From contig CAYUBG010000001.1 of the NCBI GenBank assembly GCA_964442995.1, positions 1 to 24,304 of the forward strand: DNA of 24,304 nucleotides. Reading direction: 5' to 3'. This DNA comes from an uncultured Candidatus Saccharibacteria bacterium. Its GTDB lineage: Bacteria; Patescibacteriota; Saccharimonadia; Saccharimonadales; AWTP1-31. Below, one piece after another: positions 17,245 to 24,304 of the stretch. The position numbers and the translations under genes are program-made. Under the pieces are notes generated by a model, which did not search any database, was not told the DNA's origin, and saw nothing but the letters and a program-made list of their open reading frames with translations. Every line of letters begins with the position of its first letter. Positions within the stretch are counted from its first letter, which is position 1.

Positions 17245-18537
17245 TTATTGCAGTACTTTTACTATGGCGTCGATTGTAAGGGTGTCTTCTTGTTGCGATT
17301 CTACATTTCTGAGAATGAATGAAGAGTTAGTAAGTTCTTGTTCACCAACGAAAAGCAGGTATGGTACGCCCAGCTTAAGAGCAGCTTTGATCTGTTTTTC
17401 TGGTTTTCTATCTGTTAGATCAACAGCTACATTTATGCCTTTGGAACGCAATTCCCGCGCAACTTCGTGCGCTTCAGCAAGCACGTCTCCAATGGTTACA
17501 ACGTAAACCTGTGTTGAAGATACTAGCTTTGGCTCCAGCTTGTGGCTTGCAAGGAAGTTTTCTATCGGAGCGTCACCCATACCAAAACCTACGGTAGCAA
17601 TTGGTTCAACGCCGAAAGCACCCACTAGGCCATCATAGCGACCGCCACCAAACATGGCACGATTATTTTCCGGGTCAAGGTCGAATACTTCAAACACAAT
17701 GTCAGTGTAGTATTCGAAACCACGCATTAAAGTGATATCAAAAGTTGCTGCTGTAATACCATGATCGGCTAGAAGTGTGAATAGAATCTGAATTTCTTTC
17801 ACCGCTTGAGTATCTCTTAGACTCTCTGGGAGATCAGCTAGTGTTTTAGCTTTAATTAGAAGATACAATCTTTCAAGTCCAGATTCGACTTGCTCAGGTT
17901 TAAAGATCTGGCGGGCCTCAGCTACAAACACATCTGCAGCCATTTTATCTTTCTTATCAAACAACTGAACCATCCGTTTTGCCTGCATTGCATCAAGTTC
18001 TAAGTAACGGCTCATAATTAAGTTAATTAATTTGCGACTGTTCACTTTAATTTGATACATGCTTTCATTGGCGCCGAATTCCTTCATAATTGCATCTGCC
18101 ATTGAAATGATCTCAAGATCAGCATCAACGGTTGCTACGCCAAAAATATCAACGTTTAGTTGCCAAAATTGCCGGTTCCTGCCACGTTGAGGTCGTTCAT
18201 ATCGCCAACAATCAGGAATTGAGTACCATCTAAGCGGATACGGTAATTCCTGACGTCGCGCAGCTACCATACGTGAAACACTAGGTGTCATTTCGGGGCG
18301 CATAACCACGGTCCGTCCACCACGATCTGTGAAGCTATAAGTCTGTTCGTTAACAATTTCATCTGAGGTCTTAGATGTATATAGTTCAATAGGCTCAAGA
18401 ACTGGAGCTGTATATTCTTCGTAGCCGTAGCGTTCGCACACCTTCTTCCAGGTATTAAAAATATAGCTTTGCAGTCGCTTGTCTTCAGGGTAAAAGTCCC
18501 GTGCACCCTTATAGCTTTGTGTACTTAGTTTTGCCAT
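17245..18537 (-). CDS. hisS: Histidine--tRNA ligase
   Basis: KGARDFYP, RPEMT, RYERPQRGR.RQF.Q, RGFEYY, GGGRYDGL and an anticodon-binding C-terminal domain. Start set at MAKLSTQ. Confidence 0.97.
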   Translation of the reverse strand: MAKLSTQSYKGARDFYPEDKRLQSYIFNTWKKVCERYGYEEYTAPVLEPIELYTSKTSDEIVNEQTYSFTDRGGRTVVMRPEMTPSVSRMVAARRQELPYPLRWYSIPDCWRYERPQRGRNRQFWQLNVDIFGVATVDADLEIISMADAIMKEFGANESMYQIKVNSRKLINLIMSRYLELDAMQAKRMVQLFDKKDKMAADVFVAEARQIFKPEQVESGLERLYLLIKAKTLADLPESLRDTQAVKEIQILFTLLADHGITAATFDITLMRGFEYYTDIVFEVFDLDPENNRAMFGGGRYDGLVGAFGVEPIATVGFGMGDAPIENFLASHKLEPKLVSSTQVYVVTIGDVLAEAHEVARELRSKGINVAVDLTDRKPEKQIKAALKLGVPYLLFVGEQELTNSSFILRNVESQQEDTLTIDAIVKVLQ

Positions 18538-18634
18538 GATTACATCTATTCTATAGTCTTTATGCTCAAAAAGAAAATATCTCTCGTTCGCAATACTCAC
18601 TCAATGAGGTTCTGCATCCTCGCTTTTGTTAGCA

Positions 18635-18669
18635 AAAGAAAATACCCCGATTGCTCGGGGTACTTTCTT
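18635..18669 (-). terminator. Rho-independent terminator after tRNA-Leu
   Basis: GTACCCCGA-GCAA-TCGGGGTAT followed by TTTCTTTT; A/T tracts on both sides. Confidence 0.85.
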
Positions 18670-18754
18670 TGGTACGGATGAGAGGACTTGAACCTCCACG
18701 CCTTGCGGCACTAGCTCCTAAGGCTAGCGTGTCTACCAATTCCACCACTCGCGC
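18670..18754 (-). tRNA. tRNA-Leu(TAG), encoded CCA, mispaired acceptor stem
   Basis: D arm GTGGAATTGGTAGACAC, anticodon stem CTAGC/GCTAG with TAG, long variable arm, GGAGG-TTCAAGT-CCTCT, A73, CCA; 85 nt. Confidence 0.9.
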
Positions 18755-18777
18755 GTAAGTGCTGGCACCGGAGTATT

Positions 18778-19311
18778 TTACTGGATTTTCTTGTAAAACA
18801 CCAGCTGTGCGTCTCCATAATGTTTTTGCTGCACAATCTCTAGGCCTTCAAAAGGATAAGTATCGGCTTTGCCGGGCCAAGAAAGAACTAATGTACCGTT
18901 GTCTGACAAATGGCGAGGCATAACCTTGAGATCACGAAATGGCAAGTTGTCATATGGTGGATCTAACAGTACTAGGTCAAACTGCTGGTTCTGATGACGT
19001 GTGGACCAAGCATTAGCAAAAGCTCTAATTGATTTAATTTTGTCAACAATACCGAGCGACTCAATGTTACGTGCAATAACTTCACTGGCCCCTTTATCCG
19101 CCTCGATGCATACAACATTAGACGCCCCACGACTTATAGCTTCAAATGATAGCGCTCCGCTTCCGGCGAAAGCATCTAGAACCGTTAGTCCACTTATGTC
19201 GCCTAGTACCCCGAACAGGCCACCTCGGACTTTATCGCTCATGGGGTGGGTTCGATGACCATGAGGCGATTCAAAGATACGACCACCCAAGTTACCGGCA
19301 ATAATTCTCAT
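18778..19311 (-). CDS. rsmD: 16S rRNA (guanine966-N2)-methyltransferase RsmD family
   Basis: MRIIAG, PMSDKVR, LDAFAGSGALSFEAISRGA, DPPY. Confidence 0.9.
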   Translation of the reverse strand: MRIIAGNLGGRIFESPHGHRTHPMSDKVRGGLFGVLGDISGLTVLDAFAGSGALSFEAISRGASNVVCIEADKGASEVIARNIESLGIVDKIKSIRAFANAWSTRHQNQQFDLVLLDPPYDNLPFRDLKVMPRHLSDNGTLVLSWPGKADTYPFEGLEIVQQKHYGDAQLVFYKKIQ

Positions 19312-20135
19312 CGCTTGGCGGGTTTAACTTTGCCTGAATCCAATAATGCACTATACCAGGCCAAAGTGACGGTGTTAATTATGGTAGGCGCCATCTTAGT
19401 CCGTACTTCCAGAGCTAATTTAGTAGTCCAACCTCGTTTGTAATAGCGGTCGTACATATCTAGAATTGCTATTTCTCGGGCGCGACGCGTAAACCAAGCG
19501 CCAATTCCGATTTCACAAATTTCGTCAATCATCTTTTGGTTTGGCACGTTATCGCTGAAGGTAAGGGGCAGTATTAGTGTGGCAATACCTAGCTCGAACA
19601 TTCCGTGTGTGCTTATTAAGCCCTTGGGACCCCACATTTTCCAGTTATTTTTAACCTGCTCGCGACGTGTTTCGCCCGGAATGACCAGCTTTTCTTTTAT
19701 TGTGGTACGTGTTTCGATGCCTTCACCACCACGCAACTCTATAAGCTTTTCTTCGTAGGGATAGTGATGTGCAGGGGTTAATCCATCTACCAACGCATGT
19801 GCCAGCCAGGCTGCTTCGAAGGCGGTGCGTTCTTTGTTGCCCTCTTTTAAATGACTGACTAGCAAATTGTAGTGCGTGTTAATTAAGTCAATTAGCTGCG
19901 AATCTTGATTGTCGAATGGGCTGTAGTAATGCCACGGTTCATCTTTGGCTGGGCTTTTTCGTTTGATGCCATCAGGGCCATTTTTACCCTCAAAATGGAG
20001 TATTTTGTTACTTGTTGGAAAGACGCTGTTGTCACTTAGAAGTTTAGCCAGATGATTACGGGCAACCCTATCAATTTTTTGATGAGCTCCCAAAATTCGA
20101 CCTGAAGCTGCGGTTAGAGTTGTGCCTGAATACAC
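19308..20135 (-). CDS. Putative Zn-dependent phospholipase C / P1-nuclease-fold hydrolase (275 aa)
   Basis: H18, D55, H69, H113-x3-D117-x5-H123 and H177-x3-E181 reproduce the Bacillus cereus PLC ligand spacing. GTG start with GAGG Shine-Dalgarno; ATGA overlap with rsmD. Confidence 0.7.
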   Translation of the reverse strand: MYSGTTLTAASGRILGAHQKIDRVARNHLAKLLSDNSVFPTSNKILHFEGKNGPDGIKRKSPAKDEPWHYYSPFDNQDSQLIDLINTHYNLLVSHLKEGNKERTAFEAAWLAHALVDGLTPAHHYPYEEKLIELRGGEGIETRTTIKEKLVIPGETRREQVKNNWKMWGPKGLISTHGMFELGIATLILPLTFSDNVPNQKMIDEICEIGIGAWFTRRAREIAILDMYDRYYKRGWTTKLALEVRTKMAPTIINTVTLAWYSALLDSGKVKPAKR

Positions 20136-20190
20136 TACACCCTCGCTTTAAGCGTGACATCGATAGTAAATAATTGCTGGTAGATATTCA

Positions 20191-22227
20191 TTAGTTTAGA
20201 TTTGTTATAGCTCGCAGTTGCGAAACTCGTTCATAAAGATGCTTATATTTTAGCAGGTCTAGCCCAGACTCGATAGTCTGTTGCGCGCATTGCCTGGCAG
20301 ATGAAATCAAAGCTGTATCTGTTAATTTAGCTATACGTAGATCTAGTGCACCGTGCTGCAAAGTACCGTAAATAGCCCCTGGACCACGTAGCTCTAGATC
20401 TAACTCGGCTAAGCGAAATCCATCGTTGGTAGTTTCTAGTGCTTTTAGCCGTTTAGATGGAGCTTTTGAGTCGCTTAGAACTAAATAGCAAAAGCCCTGA
20501 TGAGCGCTCCGACCGACTCGTCCGCGCAGCTGATGTAATTGAGCTAAACCAAACCTATCGGCATTTTGAATGATCATAACCGTAGCATTAGGCACGTCAA
20601 CCCCCACTTCCACAACAGTCGTCGAAACCAAAACATCAATATCACCCTTAGCAAAATCTTGCATTATTTGGTTTTTTTGAGCCACGGGTAATTGGCCATG
20701 TAGCAGGCCGACACGGCGATGTTTATATGGACCATTGGCAAATTTTCTGTAAGTTTCTTCGGCTGCTGCCGCTGGCAAAACATCGCTTTCACGTACTAGC
20801 GGACAGACTACGAATACTTGGCTGCCAGATTCAATTTGGTCGTCTATTTTTTTGTGAAGGCCTGCTTGACTGTTAGGAGAAATGATCTCAGTCTCTACAG
20901 GCAAACGATTGCTTGGGCGATTATGAATGATTGATATGTCAAGCTCTCCATAAAGTGTAAGCGCAAGGCTACGTGGAATTGGCGTGGCTGTCATTGTCAT
21001 GATGTGCGGTGCATGACCGGCCTTTTTCATAAGTGATTTGCGTTGTTCGACACCGAATCGGTGCTGCTCATCGATTATTACCAAAGCCAACCGATGCATA
21101 TCAACCTTTTCCTGAATTAATGCATGGGTGCCAATTATGAGTTTTGCCGTGCCGTCAGCTATCCGCCGTCTGGCTTCTTGTTTTTGTTTGTTGCTCATTC
21201 CGCCTACTAACAGCACGACACTTTTGTCGTATCCCAAGTGACGTAACATGTCATACACCGTATCGGCATGCTGCCTGGCTAGTAGCTCTGTCGGAGACAT
21301 GATGGCAACCTGAAGCCCTTGCTTGATTACCATTAATGCCGCCATAGTTGCAACGACTGTTTTGCCAGAACCAACGTCGCCCTCAATCAGCCTGTTCATA
21401 GGCTGATTGGCGGACATATCTTGATATATCTGCCAGATAACCCGGCGCTGGTCGTCTGTTAACACGAAAGGTAGCTTAGCTGTAAATTGCCTGGCCAGAC
21501 TAACATCAAACGGTATTGGCAGAGATGATTCTGAGGCATTGGATCGTTTGTTCAGTAGCGCGGCGAGAGAAAGCTCAAAAACTTCCTCGAATCCCAGTCG
21601 CTCTCTTGCCAACTCTAAATGGTGTGCATTATTTGGAAAATGAACTCCACAAATTGCGTCTGCCCGACTTAGCAATTGTTGAGATGTAACGATATCTGCA
21701 GGCAAGGTCTCTGGCAGATTGCGTATAAGATTGACCGTGGCAGCCACAATTTTACGCATCTGATTACTGGTAAGGCCCTTAGATTCTCTGTAAACTGGCA
21801 CTATACGAGCGGTGTTGAGCGGAAAATCGCTTGCTAATTCGCATGTTGGATTAAGAATCGCGAATTTCTGATGACTTAGAGCAAACTCACCGCTTATATA
21901 GTATTTTTGATGTGGCTTTATGGCAGAAGAGCGATACGGCTGATTAAACCAAACAAGTCTTATGCTGCCAGAGCCATCTGTTGCCACGGCTTCAGTAATA
22001 TGCATACCACGTCTGACGTAACGACCCTGGCTACCAGATATTGTTGCTTCAATTGTTACTGCCCCGGGTTTTAGACTGGCAATATTGGTGATTTTGGAGA
22101 AATCGTTATATTTGCGTGGGTAGTAGTCTATAACATCCGCTACGGTATTTAGGCCTAGGCGCTGCAAAGTTGCAGCCATAGCCGGACCTACGCCCTTGAT
22201 CACACTAATCGGGTCAGATAACTCCAT
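20191..22227 (-). CDS. recG: ATP-dependent DNA helicase RecG
   Basis: GDVGSGKT, IIDEQHRFGV, MTATPIPRSL, QLHQLRGRVGR, DLELRGPG. Confidence 0.98.
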   Translation of the reverse strand: MELSDPISVIKGVGPAMAATLQRLGLNTVADVIDYYPRKYNDFSKITNIASLKPGAVTIEATISGSQGRYVRRGMHITEAVATDGSGSIRLVWFNQPYRSSAIKPHQKYYISGEFALSHQKFAILNPTCELASDFPLNTARIVPVYRESKGLTSNQMRKIVAATVNLIRNLPETLPADIVTSQQLLSRADAICGVHFPNNAHHLELARERLGFEEVFELSLAALLNKRSNASESSLPIPFDVSLARQFTAKLPFVLTDDQRRVIWQIYQDMSANQPMNRLIEGDVGSGKTVVATMAALMVIKQGLQVAIMSPTELLARQHADTVYDMLRHLGYDKSVVLLVGGMSNKQKQEARRRIADGTAKLIIGTHALIQEKVDMHRLALVIIDEQHRFGVEQRKSLMKKAGHAPHIMTMTATPIPRSLALTLYGELDISIIHNRPSNRLPVETEIISPNSQAGLHKKIDDQIESGSQVFVVCPLVRESDVLPAAAAEETYRKFANGPYKHRRVGLLHGQLPVAQKNQIMQDFAKGDIDVLVSTTVVEVGVDVPNATVMIIQNADRFGLAQLHQLRGRVGRSAHQGFCYLVLSDSKAPSKRLKALETTNDGFRLAELDLELRGPGAIYGTLQHGALDLRIAKLTDTALISSARQCAQQTIESGLDLLKYKHLYERVSQLRAITNLN

Positions 22228-22234
22228 GCCTTAG

Positions 22235-22240
22235 ATTATA
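22235..22240 (-). promoter_or_regulatory. -10 box, predicted leaderless recG mRNA
   Basis: Perfect TATAAT 7 nt before the ATG. Confidence 0.55.
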
Positions 22241-22259
22241 AGGTAAGAATAAAATCTAC

Positions 22260-23066
22260 TTACTTTGCCTTGCGAACTAAAAAGAAAGTACTTGGCCCGA
22301 AGTAAGTATGTGCTAACAGAGCCTGAAGAGGTTTTTCTATGGCTAGCATTAACGACATAGGCACAATTTTCTTGAGTCCTGGGCTACGCAGATTAGATAC
22401 AGACAAAACCTTTTCGACTTTGAGCCCTGCATGCGCTAATTGTTTGATTACGGTTTTGGGGTTGTGGTTAACAAAAGCAATCGTGTCTTTATTGCGGTTC
22501 TTGCTTGAACGGATATCCACTGGTTCAACCGGCAATTTCTGGCCTTTTATAAAGTGCTTTAGTCGATTGCGGGCATGCGCATAATTCGCCACCTCTAGAA
22601 CTAAGTAGCCGTCGTCTGTTAATACCCGGGCCAGCTCGGCAAATTCTATACTAGGATCTGGCAAATGATGCATTACACGGATCATGGTTATTAGATCGAA
22701 TGACTTATCATCGAAATCTAGCGAGTCAGCCTGGGTACGTACACATTTGATTTCTTTGTGGCCTTTTAAAAAGTCCTTAGCTATATCGAGCTGCTGCTGA
22801 CTAGGTTCCGCTAATGTAACCTTGCTAGCAAATTTTTCTAGGAATATACATAGACGTCCATAGCCGCCACCAATATCAACAGCAGATTTGAACTTACGAC
22901 CACGTAATAGGCGACTAATAGCTAATCGTTCTGACTCGTTTTCGTAGTCGCGACCATCCCAGTAATGCAGATAATTGTAGTCATCGTCATCGTAGTGAGT
23001 GGCCTTTTTTTTCGTGTTAGATTTAGTGGTTGAAGTGGGTTTTGGTGTGGTAGATTGTTTTGTCAT
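22260..23066 (-). CDS. Class I SAM-dependent methyltransferase
   Basis: VDIGGGYGR motif I, FDDKSFDLI, RVMHHLPDP, RVLTDDGYLVL. Substrate unknown. Confidence 0.85.
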   Translation of the reverse strand: MTKQSTTPKPTSTTKSNTKKKATHYDDDDYNYLHYWDGRDYENESERLAISRLLRGRKFKSAVDIGGGYGRLCIFLEKFASKVTLAEPSQQQLDIAKDFLKGHKEIKCVRTQADSLDFDDKSFDLITMIRVMHHLPDPSIEFAELARVLTDDGYLVLEVANYAHARNRLKHFIKGQKLPVEPVDIRSSKNRNKDTIAFVNHNPKTVIKQLAHAGLKVEKVLSVSNLRSPGLKKIVPMSLMLAIEKPLQALLAHTYFGPSTFFLVRKAK

Positions 23067-23075
23067 ATAGCCAGC

Positions 23076-23084
23076 AGTATAGCA
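23076..23084 (-). promoter_or_regulatory. Extended -10 promoter for the methyltransferase
   Basis: TGCTATACT 9 nt before ATG 23066; no Shine-Dalgarno. Confidence 0.55.
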
Positions 23085-23088
23085 CGTA

Positions 23089-24304
23089 CTAGTCGGCGAA
23101 TTGAACTAGTGCCAGGCTATTTTTACCTCGTCGAAGAACAATATAGCCATCAAGTGCATCATCATATGAAATTGTACTTTGAGACAATGGTATTTGTTGG
23201 CCATTGATATAGACTGCGTTGCTTTCCAGGAATCTGCGAGCCTCTGTTTTGGACGTTGCAAGACCAGTAGATACAAGTACGTCAGGTAATGCAACGGCGG
23301 ATTTTGCTGTGTATGTTGGAAGCTCTGACGTGAGAGTCTGAAAATCATCTTGTTGCAAGTTTTTATAATCTGCCGTGACGAAGATTGTCTCACTAATCCT
23401 AGCCACACTATCTGCCTTGGATTTACCGTGTACTAGTTTTGTGACTTCATATGCCAGAACTTTTTGGGCTTTACGTTCGTTACGATTTGCCTGAAATTGT
23501 TCGGCAATCTCATCAATTTGATTTTTGGTAAGCAATGTATATATTTTGAGATAGTCAAGCACACCCTCGTCATCGACGTTCAGCCAGAATTGGTAGAACT
23601 TAAAAGGACTGGTCAACTCGGGATCGAGCCAGACAGCGCCGCCTTCAGTTTTACCAAACTTAATTCCAGTAGCCTTATTAATGATCAGCGGAGTAGACCA
23701 AATGTGTGCAGTCTTTCCTGTAATACGGCGAATGAGTTCAACACCGGCGATGCTATTGCCCCACTGATCGGCCCCGCAAAGTTGCAAAGTGACACCTTTT
23801 TCACGAAAGAGGTGCAAGAAGTCGTAACCCTGAATTAGCGAGTAACTAAACTCTGCATAGCTGATGCCCGCTCCGCCTTCACTTAATCGGGATTGCACAA
23901 ACTCTCTCCCAAGCATCTGTCGCATTGGTACGTGCTTGCCAATGTCACGCAAAAATTGCATATAGCCAATATCTTTAAACCAGTCATAGTTATCAACAAC
24001 TTCAAATTCTAATCCTGCAAAGATTTTTTTGTACTGTTCTACAATAGCTGCTTTGTTTTTTGCAACCTCATCAACCGTCTTGAGATCACGTTCCTGGGCC
24101 TTGCCATCAGGGTCACCAATTAGGCCGGTCGCGCCACCAACCAGCAATACTGCCTTATGTCCATGTGCTATGAAATGACGCACCATCATCGCCGCTGCAA
24201 AATTACCAATCTGCATACTTGAAGCGCTGGGATCGACCCCCCAATAGAACGTTATAGGACCTTTATCTAATTCAGATGGATCATTGAAAGTTGTTTGGTT
24301 TACA
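23089..24304 (-). CDS. tyrS: Tyrosine--tRNA ligase, partial (5' end beyond window)
   Basis: The frame stays open to the window edge (VNQTTF...YWGVDPSASSMQIGN); GGATGLIGDP, FSYSLIQGYDF, GADQWGN, KFGKT, S4-like C-terminus. Confidence 0.97.
   Translation of the reverse strand, partial: VNQTTFNDPSELDKGPITFYWGVDPSASSMQIGNFAAAMMVRHFIAHGHKAVLLVGGATGLIGDPDGKAQERDLKTVDEVAKNKAAIVEQYKKIFAGLEFEVVDNYDWFKDIGYMQFLRDIGKHVPMRQMLGREFVQSRLSEGGAGISYAEFSYSLIQGYDFLHLFREKGVTLQLCGADQWGNSIAGVELIRRITGKTAHIWSTPLIINKATGIKFGKTEGGAVWLDPELTSPFKFYQFWLNVDDEGVLDYLKIYTLLTKNQIDEIAEQFQANRNERKAQKVLAYEVTKLVHGKSKADSVARISETIFVTADYKNLQQDDFQTLTSELPTYTAKSAVALPDVLVSTGLATSKTEARRFLESNAVYINGQQIPLSQSTISYDDALDGYIVLRRGKNSLALVQFAD

Noticed and set aside
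17560-17595. HisRS motif 3 reads GFGMGDAP, without the usual Arg
   Set aside because: As recalled, a GF(G/A)xGD subfamily of HisRS is widespread, so this is probably not novel; not verified.
1-24304. CRISPR array, transposase/integrase, or alternative genetic code (UGA=Gly)
   Set aside because: No spaced direct repeats or mobile-element ORFs. Long core genes are intact under code 11, and TGA acts as a stop in the ATGA overlap at 19308-19311.

Overview
A core-genome window with almost all genes on the minus strand. Gene order, compact RpoB/RpoC and protein style suggest a Patescibacteria (CPR) organism, probably Saccharibacteria (inference; standard genetic code 11). Order on the minus strand from the right: tyrS (5'-truncated), class I SAM methyltransferase, recG, a putative trinuclear-Zn phospholipase C/P1-nuclease-fold protein, rsmD, tRNA-Leu(TAG), hisS, [plus strand: 19-aa basic peptide and 74-aa ORF], tig, small ORF, clpP with a CIRCE operator, three tandem divergent GNAT-like paralogs, rpoB, rpoC, rpsL, rpsG, small ORF, fusA, two small ORFs, tuf (3'-truncated). 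The most notable observations are: EF-G with non-canonical G4 (NKIN) and G5 (GGDGR) motifs; RpoC lacking all eight Zn-binding cysteines and carrying two in-frame deletions; S12 with both streptomycin-site lysines replaced; a tRNA-Leu with a mispaired, chimeric-looking acceptor stem; a hypothetical protein with the PLC/P1 metal-ligand pattern; a GNAT-like triplet without the acetyl-CoA loop; structured leaders on rpsL and tuf; and many apparently leaderless genes. No CRISPR array, integrase or transposase was seen. All motif comparisons are from memory of the families; no searches were run.
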